Positions 19,990 to 33,861 of a stretch of 64,000 nucleotides of DNA are shown piece after piece; position 1 is the stretch's first letter, and each line of letters opens with the position of its first letter. Both the position numbers and the translations under genes were made by a program. The stretch comes from Mobula hypostoma. Lineage: Eukaryota. The stretch is from the NCBI RefSeq assembly GCF_963921235.1, contig NC_086097.1, positions 220,350,001-220,414,000 of the forward strand. The letters run 5' to 3'. The notes under the pieces are model-generated. The model was not told where the DNA came from and did no database searches. It worked only from the letters and a program-made list of their open reading frames with translations.

Positions 19990-21120
19990 TTAGTTCGGTA
20001 TTCAACACTATTGTCCCACAGACTTGATGAACAAAGTCCTACACCTCAATCTAAATACACCATTGTGCAAATGGCAGTCAAACTTCCAAACAACCAGACT
20101 TCAGAAAGCCTAGAGTTGCTCCTCCACCCTATTATCCTCCACACAGGTGCCTCCAGGGCTGTGTGCGGAGCCCACTGCTGTACACTCTGCGCACAGGACT
20201 GTATGGCCAAACACCCGAGTGATCACATCGTCAGGTTCGCCAATGATACAGCAGTGGTGGGGCTCATCACCAACAATGATGGGATGGCCAACAGAGTGGA
20301 AATAGAAGAGCTTTAGGCCTGGTGCCAGGCAAAGGACTTCTTCCTCAATGTCAACAGGACAAAGCAGATGGTTATCAGCTACAAGAGAACTCACTGCTCC
20401 TTCCCCTTACTTTGGCAGCACAGCAGTGGAAATTGCAAGCAGCTTCAAACTCCTTGGAGTGCACATCACACAAAGCCTCTCATAGTCCCAGAACACATCC
20501 TACACAGTCAGGAAAGCTCACCAACACCTCTACTTTCTGAAGTGGCTGAGGAAATCTGGACACAAACCATTCTACAGATAGGAGGCACTAAGGAGCATCC
20601 TAACAAGCTACATCACTACTTTGTACGGAAACGACACTGCGGCAGATAGGAAGGCTCTACAATGGGTAGTCAAAACTGTCCGACGCATCACCAACACCAG
20701 CTTACCTGCCTTCAAGGACATAAATACAGAAAGGTGCCGGAAAGGGCTGGTAATACCATAAAGGATCTCACCCACCTTGTTCATCCTACTGCCACCAGTG
20801 AGGAAACCATGTAGCATCCATGCCAGTATCTCCAGCCTCAAAAGCAGTTACTTTCCACAAGCAGTAAGGCAGACCAACACCTCCACCCATTAACTCCATC
20901 ACTACTTTATTATTTTCCAGTCAGTCACCTTATGTACATCATGTCACTTCATGGACATACAATCAATGTCTATAAGCTCTCTTATGTATTTATATTTGTG
21001 TTTTTAATTATTATTGTGTTTTTTAATTTTTTTTAATGTGCTGCATCAGATCCGGAGTAACAGTTAATTCATTCTCCTTTGCACGTGGGTATGAGATAGT
21101 ACATGAAATAATCTTGAATC
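19990..21120 (+). mobile_element. Decayed Rex1/Babar-like (or L2-clade) LINE fragment
   Basis: HIVRFANDTAVVGLITNNDG (RT FADD region) with frameshifts and an AT-rich tail. Confidence 0.7.
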
Positions 21121-23734
21121 TTATGACTTGTCTTAAAGTGCCATCTATTGGTTGTTTCTTTCTGATGGATCATTTAAATGTGTTTCCACTGTGCATGTTT
21201 AAATTGCTACTGTAGCAGAGCTAAAGTTAATACTACCTTGGAAGAAAATTTACAGCATCTCACCAAAGCTCAGATTCAACCATCACTGCTTTTTTTGGAC
21301 CATACCCTGAAAACAATAACAAGCATTTTTTCTCCATTACAAAGAGACATGTACACCACCCTCACATCTGACACTAAGTGCAGGGAGCCCTTTGTTTTTA
21401 AAATCAAGGCCATCTGCACCAGCTCCTAGCTGTTAGCCCTCATCTCTTCATTTGGTCAAGCCACATTCCTAACAGAGCCCTAACCGCTCCATTCCATAGT
21501 CATTTGGGAGTTCAGTTCTGAAATAAGTTTTCACAGAAGTACCTGACAGAGCAATCTAAATTTAATCACACTTATAGACCTTTATGAAGTTTTAATTAAA
21601 ATTGCAATGATCTTGCCTCAATGGCTGCATGTGGTGAATAATTGTGATACAACTCCTCCTCCTTCCCTCCATTTTCTTTCTCGTACTGTAATCATCACTG
21701 TTTTCTCCCTGCTAAAGATTAATTTTCTAAATCTTTTATATGCAAACCTCAATTACAAACTAGCATTCCACAGCAAGATCAGAAGTAGTTCTTGTATTCA
21801 TCCTGGGAGCAATCACTTGTTAACCTTCAGAAAGGTGGCATGTCTTCAGTCAACAAGACACTAACCTCTGGAGATTCTTTCCTCTCTAAAATGCCAGGTC
21901 TCTCTACTTTAACACCACCTTTGTCCTATTATCTCCTCATGTGACTTGGCATTATATTTTGTTAGCTCCTGTGATGTGCCAGAACATACTGGTGCAATTC
22001 TACACTGCCAACATAGAGAGACAGTTAGTACTGTCTAGTTCAGTGCAGCATCCTTCACAATATGCAAGCACTACAGCAAAATGTCAGGTCAGCAGAAAAG
22101 CTCATTGGCTGGGGTCAACCATTAAGGCAGGACTTGTATGTATCCAGGAGAAAGCAGTGGGCAGAAAAACTTATTGCAGACACTACCTACCTTCCAAACT
22201 GCCTTTTCCAAAAGCTCCCTTCTGCAAAGTGCTATTAAAACAAAAACTCCACACCTTTTAAAAAGTTTCTTCCCCCAGGGAGTTAATCTGATCATCCATT
22301 CCATTTTGCTTCCCCACCTGTCTCTATCTATTACCCCTGTCACTGAACTATAAACACTTCCTATAACGCTGTTTATATTGTCAATACATGTCAGCATTTA
22401 TGTATTTTTGCACATTTTATTCCATATCCACACTTTAGCCTTTAAATTTATTTTAATATAATTTGTTATTCTTTATAATGATTGATTTTTGGTTTTTGTT
22501 GCATGTCCCATCTTGACTAATAAATCACAGCAAGCTCCTAAGACATGTAAATGTCTATGGCACATTGTTGATCCTTGAGTGTTTGGGACGTTTTAGCGTG
22601 CAAGTCATTATTGTACAGGATGCTGTGCTGATCTGGTTGGCATGTACAGGAAAGATGTGATTAGGTCGGCAGGGTGCAGAGAAGATTTACAAGGATGTTA
22701 CCTTGCTTGGAGGGCTTGAGTTAAAAGGAGAGTTTGGATAGACTGTGCTTGATTTCCTTGGAGCAAAGGTAGCTAAGAATTGAAATATTAGAGATGCATA
22801 AAATTCTGAGAGGCATAAAGAAGCTAGGTAGCCAGAGTCCACTTCCATGATAGTGATGTCTAAAGCTACAGGGCGTAGATTTAAGTGAGAGGGGGGAGGT
22901 TTAAAGGGCATTTGAGATGTAAATATTTTACACAATGAGTCAGTGGTAGCTAGAATGAGCTGCCAGAGAAAGTGATGGATGCAAAAAAGTAATGACATTT
23001 AGAGGCACCTGGACAATAGTTGAATGAGCAAGGCATAGAGGGATATGGGATTAATGCAGGCTAATGAGATTACTATGGATAGTAAATTTCTATGCTATAC
23101 AACTTTGTATGACTGTTGTTTCAATGTACTGTTTTAATAAATTTTGTTACTTATTGTGATTGTTTCGTGCAGGCACAGAAATATGTTCTGTATGAAATGA
23201 TTGCTTTATATTTTAAATAAAACACAATATGTTACAATTGGTTTTATTTTCATTTCTTCCTTTTCCTTTTCCAGTAACATTTTGCTTTCCTCTCACTTTC
23301 TGTACTGACTTTTGCATTCGATACACAAACTCATATTTACACTTCCTTCTCAGACTGGTAATTGAGGAAGCAGTCAGATAGTTGCCTCTTTTCTCAGACT
23401 CCAGCTACTCAGTTTACCCTACTATCACTTGCTGTGACGGAAAGCTTGCACGTTAAGTGACATGCCACTTTTGAAAAGAATTGAAACCTAAATACAGAAG
23501 GCAGGTCGAATCAATGACAGACAGCGAGTCTTTCCTTGCACAAATCTGTGGCCCATCTTTGTTTCCTTCCTCTTTCCTTTTAAGTCCCTTCCTATTCCTC
23601 TTCCTGTTGTTTTTATATGCTCTGTTAGATCAAGCTTTATCACTTAACCTCCCAACCACCACTTTTTCAGCATGTTAACCTTTACTTATCCATCTAATTC
23701 CACTTTTTAATGTATCTTGCTTTCATTGCTCATC

Positions 23735-24340
23735 TGTACTCAGTAGCCTGCTCATTAATGCAAACTTCTAATCAGCCAATCATGTGGTAGCAACCCAATG
23801 CATTAAAGCATGCAGACATGGTCAGGAGGTTCAGTAGTCATTTGAACAAACATCAGAACGTGGAAGAAATGTGATCTGAATGACTTTGACCGTGTATTGA
23901 TTGTTAGTGCCAGACGGGGTGATTTGAGCATTTCAGAAACTGCTGATCTCCTGGGATTTTCACGCATAACAGGCTCTAGAGCAGGGGTTGCCAATCTGCT
24001 GACCATGGACCCCCTCAGTTAATGGTAGGGGTTCATGGCTTATAAAAGATTGTGAACCTCTGCTCAAGTGTTTACAGAGAGTGGTGCAAAAAATGAGAAA
24101 AACATCTAGGGGAACACTTTGTTTTTGAGAGTGGTCAGAGAAGTATAGCCAGACTGGTACAAGTGACAGGAACTCAGATAACCACGTGTTGCAACAGTGG
24201 TGTTCAGAAGCCCATCTCTGAATCCACAACACATTGAACTTTGAAGTGGATGGGTTACAGCAACAGACGACCACAAACATACCCACAGTAGCCACTTTAT
24301 CCTGACAGGAGGCCCTGAATAAAGTGGTCACTGTGTGTAG
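23735..24340 (+). mobile_element. Tc1-derived non-autonomous element remnant with a small MITE inside (23982-24062)
   Basis: gccactttat...ataaagtggtcactg inverted ends. Tc1-like N-terminal coding remnant (IVSARRGDLSISETADLLGFS). Confidence 0.6.
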
Positions 24341-24789
24341 TTCTGGTTCTTTCCACGTCATATCTGAAGATTTTGCGTTGCAAATGGTATTAATGCCTTG
24401 TTGGTCCGGGGCTGATCTTTTATATTACCGCACCTGCTTTCCAGTCAAGACTTACTTTTAATTCTTTGATTTCCTCTTGGATACTTGTACCAAACATTAT
24501 GATTTGGTTCCTATTTCTCAATTTTTCTTGTATTCCATCATTAACTACACACATTTCATTTCTTAGTACAAAATTAAGCATTTTTATAATTTCATCAAGC
24601 AGAAATGTCTAGCATCAAGGAATCAGATCTGGATGTCTTCTAAAAATGTTCCTGCCATAACAATATAAATTGTCTTCATCTTGAAGTGATTGGTTGTACT
24701 GGAGATACTGTAAATGTGCAGGATAATTATGACCATAACTAGTTCCTCACAGATCACCTTCCATCCTTTACTACTAACAGAACACAGCT

Positions 24790-26810
24790 GTGAACTTAGG
24801 ATATAAACAGTACAACACAGAAACAGGCCCTTCATAGCCTTGTCCATGCCAACCAAGATTCCTATCTAAACTTGTCCCATTTGTCTGCATTTGGCCCATA
24901 TCTCTCCAAACCTTTTTTATCCATGTAGCTGTCCAAGTACCTTTTAAATAAGACTATAAGTTATAGGAGCAGAAGTAGGCCATTCGGCCCATTGGGTCTG
25001 CTCCGCCATTCAATCGTGGGCTGATCCAATTCTTCCACTCATCCCCACCCCCCTGCCTTCTCCCCATACCCTTTGATGCCCTGGCTAATTAAGAGCCTAT
25101 CTATCTCTGCCTTAAGTGCACCCAATGACTTGGCCTCCACAGCCACTCGTGGCAACAAATTCCACAGATTTACCATCCTCTGACAAAAATAATTTCTCCG
25201 CATCTCTGCTCTAAATGGGCGCCCTTTAGTCCTGAAGTCGTGTCCTCTTGTCCTAGTCTCCTCTACCATGGGAAATAACTTTGCCATATCTAATCTGTTT
25301 AGGCTTTTTAACATTCAGAATGTTCCTGAGATTCCCCCCCCCCCCCACCATTCTCCTGAACTCCAGGGAATACAACCCAAGAGCTGTAAATATTGTCAAG
25401 GTACCTGCCTGAACCACTTCCACAAATGTTGCTCCTCTGTTCCCTCTCACCCTCTAGTTCTTGATTCCCAAACCTTGGGAAAGAGACTACAAGCATTCCC
25501 TTTATCCTTGCCCCTCAAAATGTTATCTATAAGAGTAAAAATGGTGAAATAGCAACCAAATCACACTCTGCTTCCTTTCATTGAGACGAATCTGTATCTA
25601 GCTCTCCCTGGATCTCATGTGGTCTAACTTTCTTAGCAGCCTATCTTGTAGTACCTTATCAAAGATCTTATGTTGTCCATATGGACCAAGGGTTCCCAAC
25701 CTGAGGTCCACAGACCCCTTGCTTAATGGTATTGGTCCATGACATAAAAAATGTTGGGAAACCCTGATTTTAGACATTGTCAACTACCTTACCCTCCTTG
25801 AAATTCTTCATAAAAGTAATCTGCTCACATAACTTACCTACCACAGATATTGGGCTTACTGGTCCAGAATTCCCAGTTTATTTTGTTCTTTCCAGCTCTT
25901 CTTAGATAAAGGGACAACATTGGCCTCTCTCCAGTCTTCTGGTACTTCACCTTTCACTAACCATGATGCATATATCTCAGCCAGGGCTCCCACAATGTCT
26001 TCTCTAGCTTCCCACTGTTAACCAGTTAAGCTAATGACAGCTAATTAAACTAATCCATTCTGCCTGTATGTGGTCCATCTCCCACCATTCTCTACATATT
26101 GTGTTTTTTAAATACCTTAACTGCCTCTTGAGTGGCTCTGTCATATCTGCCTCTACCACTATTCCTTGTAGCACATTGCAGATAACCCCCACTCTCAGTA
26201 AAACTTGTTCCACGCATTTTCTGTGAAGATTTCCCACTCACCTTAAAATGATGCTTGACATTTTGAGTCTTGGGAAACAACAATCTCTGCTTCTCATAAT
26301 TCTATAAAGTTCTGTCAGGTCTTCCCTCAGCGACCAGTGCTGCAGAGAGAACAACCCGAGCTGACCAACCTTCTTTTTAATAGCACGTATCCTCTAATCC
26401 AGGCAATATCTTGGTAAATTTTTTCAGCACCTTCTCCAAAGCCTTCCGAAAAAGTGGTGACCAGAAGTGACTGCAGGATTCTAGATGCAGCATAACCAGG
26501 AATTTATAAATCTGCAACATGACTTTCCTACTCTTGTCTTTCCTGATTCTTGAACTCTGTGTCTCAATTAATAAAGGTAAATATTCCATACACCACTTTC
26601 CCCATGTTATCAACTTGTGTGACCATTTTCAGGGAGCAATAGACTTGGACCTCAAGATTCCTCTGCACATCAACACTGTTAAAGGTCCTCGTATTAACTG
26701 TGTACTTTAAATTTTGATCGCCTAAAGTGCAGTGCCTCACATTTGGATACATTAAGGTACATCTGCCGCTTTCCACCCACATCTGCAGTTGATCTATACC
26801 CAGGTGCTAG
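24790..26810 (-). mobile_element. Stack of decayed CR1 fragments
   Basis: ORFs 25039..25314 (RTRGHDFR, LWNLLP) and 26377..26613 (LHLESCSHFWSP). Confidence 0.8.
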
Positions 26811-27592
26811 TGAGGCTTGAACTAGGAAGGATATACAGTTTACTACATGGCTAAGCAGTTGGTGCAGGAGGGAGGGCACAAGATTTTTGGATCATTGGGC
26901 TCTCTTCCAGGGAATTTGGGACCTGTACAGAAGGGATGTTTGCACCTGAACTGGAGGGAGCTAATATCCTAGCAGGAAGGTTTGTTAATGCTGCACGGCG
27001 GGTTTAAATGAGAGTTGCAGGGGGATGGTTGGTAAGACCTTAGACAAAGCTAGGAATCAAAAGGTTGAGCATGGTGCAACAAAATCGAAAAAGGATGAAT
27101 AGAGAACTGAAGGTGTTATATCTGAATGGTAGATGAACTTGCAGCACAGTTGCAGATTGGTAGGTATGATGTTGTAGGCATCACTGAATCATGGCTGAAA
27201 GATTATAGCTGGGAGTTTACTGTCCAAGAATAAATATTGCATCGAAAGAATGGGCAGGAAAGCGACGGGGGCAGTGTTGCTCTGTTGGTATAAAATGAAA
27301 TCAAATCGTTAGAAAGAGGTGAGAAAGGGTCGGAAGGTGTTGAATCATAGTGGATAGAGCTAAGGAACCCCAAGGGTAAAAAGACCCTGTTGGGAGTTGT
27401 ATACAGATCCTCAAACAGTAGTAAGGATGTGGCCTACAAATTACAACAGGAGATGGAAAACGTATGTCAAAAGGGCAATGTTGCAATGGTCTTCAACAGG
27501 GGTCCCCAACCTTTTTTGCACTGTGGACCGGTTTAATATTGACAATATTCTTGCAGACCAGCCGACCGCTTGGGGGGGGGGGGTTGTTCAAG

Positions 27593-28943
27593 TAAGGTTA
27601 ATCTCACCTCAACATGTCTTTTACAGTTAGGGTTACCAACTTTCTCACTCCCAAATAAGGGACAAAAGTCTCACTCAAATACGGAACACTTGTGTTTACC
27701 CCGAGAAAGACTATCATGATCATGAAGCCTTGCGCGGGCACCTGCATGCGCATGCGAGACGTATGCATATGTGACGTATGCATGCACGTATGTGCCGTAT
27801 TTTCTTCCACAAATCAGTTTTGGCTTAATCTTCCTGACTACAATGTATATACATTATTTCTATTTTATATAGGCTGTGTATTTATCATATCATTCCTGCT
27901 TTTACTATATGCTAGTGTTATTTTAGGTTTTATGTGTTATTTGGTATGATTGGGTAGGTTATTTTTTGGGTCTGGGAACACTCAAAAAATTTTTCCCATA
28001 TAAATTAATGGTAATTGCTTCTTCGCTTTACGCCATTTCGGCACAAAAGGTTTCATAGGAATGCTCTATCTTAGCGGGGGACATACGGGACAAGGGCAAT
28101 CCCATATGGCAATGGTCCCCGACCACCGGGCCACAAAGCATGTGCTACCGGGCCGCGAGGAAACGATATGATTTGGCGATATGAAACGATATGAGTCAGC
28201 TGCACCTTTCCTCATTCCCTGTCAGGCCCACTGTTGAACTTCAACACATGCGAGGTCATCAGTGACCCAAGACGTGCAAAGGAATGGGTCCGTGACCCAT
28301 TTGTGAATGTTTCCCGTGAATCTTCCATGTCAGCGCGGGAAAAAGATCAACTCCTCAACCTTGCAAATGACGGTGCGCTGAAAAGTATGTTTGACATAAT
28401 ATCTCTGTCGGCATAACGATTGCTGATTGCGTCGCCTCTGATCTGGGTCAGCATTTACGTGCCAGGCAGCACCTAATCAATTAGCTTGTTTATTTCGGCT
28501 TTTTCCTTAAAGACGTGCTGGGTGCGTTCTGGCCACCACTGTACCGTTGCATTCTTCACGGTATTGTATTGGTCCGTGCCCTGGAGGTTTGGGACTACTG
28601 TTATAATTGACTTATCACTATATTCATGCGAGGAAAATATGTGCTGTGTGTTTAATATTAAATTCGTTAGATAAACCCCTTTAGAAATGAAATTGAGTGT
28701 ATTAGCCACTTATAAGTGACTAGTAGTTGACTTATCATCTATATTCCCGTTGCGATTAACACCCACCCCACTCCCCCTCTCTCTCTCTCCCCCCCGGTTG
28801 GCCGGTCCGCCGGTCCGCAAGAATATAATCAATATTAAACCGGTCTGAGGTGCAAAAAAGGTTGGGGACCTGCCATATGGGACAAACCAATTTAGCCCAA
28901 TATACAGGATGTCCTGGCAAATACGGGACAGTTGGCAACCCTA
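27593..28943. mobile_element. TAGGGTT-ended hAT MITE (middle)
   Basis: Ends taaggtta / ggcaacccta. TSD tgttca(a/t)g at 27585-27592 and 28944-28951. Confidence 0.75.
28110..28872 (+). mobile_element. Charlie-type hAT deletion derivative (inner) with transposase remnant
   Basis: TIRs caatggtcccc / ggttggggacctg. TSD ccatatgg at 28102-28109 and 28873-28880. ORF 28234..28416 has EWVRDPFVN...DQLLNLANDGALKSMF. Confidence 0.85.
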
Positions 28944-29446
28944 TGTTCATGTTCAACAGTGCGTGACAGGGAATGAGGAAAGGTGAAGCTGACTCATATT
29001 GTTTCCTTGCGGCCCGGTGGTTGAGGACCGCTGGTCTTCAATATGCAAGTAGATGAGGAAAATCAGGTTGGTGCTGGATTCCAGGAGAAGGAATTTCAAG
29101 AGTGCCTACAAGATGACAAAAGGAGAAGAAGATGGCGCAATGGCAGCGCACGCAGCCTCTCCAGTGAATGATCAACTAGGGGACCGTGCACAATTCTAAC
29201 TTAATGGAGACGGACGTGAGAGTACGGAGGAACATCTGGAAAACTTCTGAAATGCCCACTTCATGCTGCTGCTGCTACTGTGTGGTAACCGGAATCTCCG
29301 GAGCAGAAGGCCCCGAATCCTCGGCTTTGCTTGAGAGAGCCATGAGAGAGGAATCGGCCAGAATTGATTTCAAAAGAACACGGCAGGGATGACGGCAGAG
29401 CAGCAATAGCTGGAATTTCTGGAAACAATAAGGGAAGGCACAGGAG

Positions 29447-29463
29447 ATATATGTGTGTGTGTA

Positions 29464-29527
<64 letters not shown>

Positions 29528-29560
29528 TACAGAGTGTGTCTATAATATATATAATATGTA
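29447..29560. repeat. Compound microsatellite (TG)n(TA)n(CA)n
   Basis: Directly visible. Confidence 0.95.
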
Positions 29561-30687
29561 TATTTACATCCCAAAGAAGAAGTATTCTAGAGGAAAGATA
29601 ATACAACCATTGATAACAAGGGAAGTCAAAGCCAACACCAAAGCCAATATGAAAGCCAAAGAGAGGGCATATAATAGATCAAAGATTAGAGGTAAGTTAG
29701 AGGATTGGGAAGCTTTTACAAACCAACAGAAGGCAACTAAAAAGTCATTAAGAAGGTAAAGATGGAAGATGAAAGTAAGCTAGCCAATAATATTAAAGAG
29801 GATACCAAAAGATTCTTCAGATACATAAAGTGTAAAAGAGAGGCAAGTGTAGATATGGGACTGCTAAAAAAATGATACTGGAGAGGTAGTACAGGGGGAC
29901 AAGAAAACAGCAGATGAACTGAATAAGTATTTTGCATCACTTTTCACTGAAGAAGGTGCTAGCAGTATGGTGGAAGTTCCAGGTGTTAGGGGACATGATA
30001 TGTGTGAAGTTACCATAACTAGAGAGAAGGTTCTTGGGGAAACTGAAAGGCCTGAAGGTAGACAAGTCACCTGGACCAGATGATGCACACCCCAGGGTTC
30101 TGAAAGAGATAGCCGAAGAGATTGTGGAGGCAGTAGTAATGATCTTTCGAGAATCACTAGATTCTGGAATGGGTCCAGAAGACTGAAAAATTGCAAATGT
30201 CACTGCACTCTTTATTAAGGAAGAGAGGCAGAAAAAAAGGAAACTATAGGCCAGATAGTCTGACCTCAGTGGTTGGGAAGATAGTGGAGTCATTTATTAA
30301 AGATGAGGTCTCAGGGTACTTGGAGGCATATGATAATATAGGCCGTAGTCAGCATGGTTTCTTCAAGGAAAAGTCTTGCCTGACAAATCTGTTGGAATTC
30401 TTTGAAGAAATAACAAGCAGGATAGACAAAGGGGAATCAGTTGATGTTGTGTACTTGGATTTTCAGAAGGTCTTTGACAAGGTGCCACACATGAGGCTGC
30501 TTAACAAGCTATGAGCCCATGATATTACAGGAAAGACTTTAGCATGAATAAAGCAGTGGCTGATTAGCAAAGTCTGGGAATAAAAGGGGCCTTTTCTGAC
30601 TGGCTGCCAGTGACTAATGGTGTTACACAGGATTCTGTGATGGCACTGAATCTTTTTACGTTATATGTCAATGATCTGAATAATGGA

Positions 30688-31306
30688 GTTCCTCCAACCT
30701 GAGTGTGGCTTCATCTTTACAGTAGAGGAGGCCATGGATAGACATATCAGAATGGGAATGGGACGTGGAATTAAAATGTGTGGCCACACTCAGGTTGGAG
30801 GAACAACACATTATATTACGTCCGGGTAGCCTCCAACCTGATGGCATGAACATTGACATCTCAAACTTCTGCTAATGCCCCACCTCCCCCTCGTACCCCA
30901 CCCGTTATTTATTTATATACACACATTCTTTTTCTCTCTCTCCTTTTTCTCCCTCTGTCCCTCTCACTATACCCTTGCCCATCCTCTGGGTTTTCCCCTC
31001 CTCCCCCTTTTCTTTCTCCTTGGGCCTCCTGGCCCATGATCCTCTCATATTCCTTTTGCCAATCAACTGTCCAGCTCTTGGCTCCATCCCTCCCCCTCCT
31101 GTCTTCTCCTATCATTTTGGATCTCCCCCTCCCCCTCCCACTTTCAATTCTCTTACTAGCTCTTCTTTCAGTTAGTCCTGACGAAGGGTCTCGGCACGAA
31201 ACGTCGACTGTACCTCTTCCTAGAGATGCTGCCTGGCCTGCTGCGTTCACCAGCAACTTTGATGTGTGTTGCTTGAATATCCAGCATCTGCAGAATTCCT
31301 CGTGTT
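30688..31306 (+). mobile_element. Penelope 3' fragment with inverted 5' segment, inside a CR1
   Basis: 30688-30785 encodes VATHFNSTSHSHSDMSIHGLLYCKDEATLRLEE on the minus strand, then the element continues on the plus strand to the pLTR. Confidence 0.85.
31173..31210 (+). ncRNA. Minimal hammerhead ribozyme motif (stem II mismatch)
   Basis: tagtc CTGACGA agggtctcggcac GAAA c GTC gactg. Confidence 0.6.
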
Positions 31307-33861
31307 TGGAAGTCCTTGTGCAGGTTTCCCTGAAGATTAATTTGCAAGTTGAGGAAGCCAAATGTACCCCCCACCATGTAACCATAGCATTCATTTCAAG
31401 AGGACTGGAATATAAAAGCAAGGATGTAATGTTGAAACTTTTGAAAGCACTGGTGAGACTTCAGTTGGAGTACATGAGCAGGTTTGGGCCCCTTATCTTA
31501 GAAAGGATGTACTGAAACTGGAGAAGGTTCAAAGGAGGTTCATGAACACGATTCCAGGATTGAATGGCTTGTCATATGAAGAGTGCCTGATAGGTCTGGT
31601 CCTGTATTCACTATAATTCAGAAGAATGAGGGGTGACCTTATGAAACATATCGAATAGTGAAAGGCCTTGATAGATTGGATGTGGAGAGGATGTTTCCTA
31701 TAGTGGGAAAGTCTAAGATCAGAGGACACAGCCTTAGAATAGAGGGCTGTCCTTTTAGAAAGGAGATGAGGTGGAATTTCTTTAGCCAGAGATTGGGGAA
31801 TTTGTGGAATTCTTTGCCACAGGCAGCTGTGGAGGCCTGGTCTTTATGTATATTTAAGGCAAAGGTTGATAGATTCATCATTCATCAGGGCAATGAGGGG
31901 ATATGGGGAGAAGACAGGAGACTGGGCATGAGAGGAAAATTGGATCAGCTATGATGAAATGGTGGAGCAGAGTCAATGGGCCAAGTGGCCTAATTCTGTT
32001 TCTATATCTTATAGTCTTTGGCAATCTTCTATCCACAATGCCATGAGTCTTTGTGTCATCTGCAAATTTACTAATTCATCCATCCATAATTTCATCCCTG
32101 TCATTTGTATACATATCACAAACAGAAGTCCCAGTACAGATTCCTGTTTAACACTGTTAATCATGTGACTCATCAACCACTATACTCTTCCAGCAATGGG
32201 CAAGCCAATTCTGAATCCAAAGCAACTCACACACAAAATGCTGGAGGAAGTCAGCAAATCCAAATGGCCAAGTTATTACCATGGCCCAAATGGCTCTCAG
32301 TATCTTCTATGTCTTTCTCCTTGGTGAATACCAATGCAAAATACTCATTTAGAACCTCTCCCACGTTCTCTGGCTCCAAGCACATATTCCTTTCTTTATC
32401 CTTCTTCCTTATTTACACTCCTATTTGATGTATATCATATATAGAATGACGATATTCTCTTTAATCCTACTGTACTTTCCAAGGATTTTTATGACCTAGC
32501 ACTTTTAAATCCCTTCTTGAGTTCCTCTCAGCCTTCTTTATATTCCTCATGGGCCCAGTTAATTCTTAGCTTCCTAAAACTTTTATATGCTTTTTTGTTG
32601 TTGACTAAATTTACAGCCTCTCACATCATCCAAAGCTCCCTTATTTTGTCATTATCTTTCCTTCCTTCTGACTGGAACATACCAGTCCCGTATTTTGTGC
32701 AGCTGGTCTTTTAACAAACTCCACATTTCAGATGTGGACTTGCATCTAAATAACTGTTCCCAATTAACTCTCCCTGACAATAGATGCCCCTAACAAATTG
32801 TACCCTGTCTAGTCTTCTTGTACGAATGTTGTCTCAATCTATATTGGTGAAGTTGAAGTCACCTACTACGATAACACTGTTGTTTCTGCACCCTTCACTA
32901 AACTGCCTGCATGTCTATTCCTCAATGTCCCTGTGGCTATTGGAGGGTCTATTGTATAATCCCATCAAAGTGATTACACTTTTCTTATTTTTGAGTTCTA
33001 CCCATGTAAGATCAGTGTTGACCCTCTTGAGTGCAGCCATGACATTTTCCTTGATTAGAAATACAACCTCTCCCCCTTTAACTCTTCTAAAACATCAAAA
33101 CACTGGAACATTAATCAGCCACTTCTGTCCCTCTCTCAACCAAATCTATGCAGTGGTTGCAACATCATAGCTCCATATATTGATCCACCCTCTTAAGTTC
33201 ATCTCCCTTACTCCTGTAATAGAGGGCAAGGTATCAAGATAGGCAGGCAGAAAGAGGAGATAAGGCAGCTGGGTAAAGTGAAACATTTTGACAGAGAAGA
33301 TGAGGAGGAACAATTTTGACATATTGATACAAACAAAAACAGAAGGAGTTGGGTGCATTTGCAGATAAACCTGAAAAGAGGACATTATTAAAGAAAATGG
33401 AATCCTGTGCTTTACTGCTTCTCTCCCATTTCCTCTTGACATACCGAGAGGTGACGTTAAATATTTATAGAAGTGCACAATTTGCTTGAATTCTGCATGT
33501 TTTTGGAAGGGTGGAACTGTCCTAAAGAGAATCTAGAAAATATTTATTGGATGTTTCCAGGGATGAGAGATTTCAACTACAAGGTTAGACTGGAGAAGAG
33601 TATTTGGAGCAAAGAGGTTTGCGAGAAGAATTGATGAGAGCTGATGAACCTAATTGTACTAAACAAATTGTACCCTGTCTAATCTTCTTGTACTTCTTGA
33701 GATGGACTAAATGGTGTGAAGCTGTTCTCATGAGCAGATGTTTCATGGACCAGGGATGCAGATATAGTGCCTATAAAAAGTATTCACCTCCCCCACCATC
33801 CCTTGGAAGTTTTCATGTTTTATTGTTTTACAACATTGAATCATGGTGGATTTAATTTGGC

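Larger units (their letters stand above)
27497..29033. mobile_element. Charlie-type hAT non-autonomous element (outer)
   Basis: TIRs caggggtccccaacc / ggttgaggaccgctg. 8-bp TSD gtcttcaa at 27489-27496 and 29034-29041. Confidence 0.88.
26815..32020 (+). mobile_element. Long decayed CR1 (ORF1 esterase-like remnant, endonuclease, RT, tail) interrupted by hAT, Penelope and microsatellite insertions
   Basis: Collinear motifs: tggtgcaggagggagggc...cacctgaactggaggg (ORF1), VVGITESWL, NYRPDSLTSVVGK, LDFQKVFDKVPH, LWNSLPQ. Confidence 0.85.

Noticed and set aside
29261..29759. Several ORFs with (CV)n/(YI)n/(HT)n runs
   Set aside because: They are translations of a dinucleotide microsatellite.
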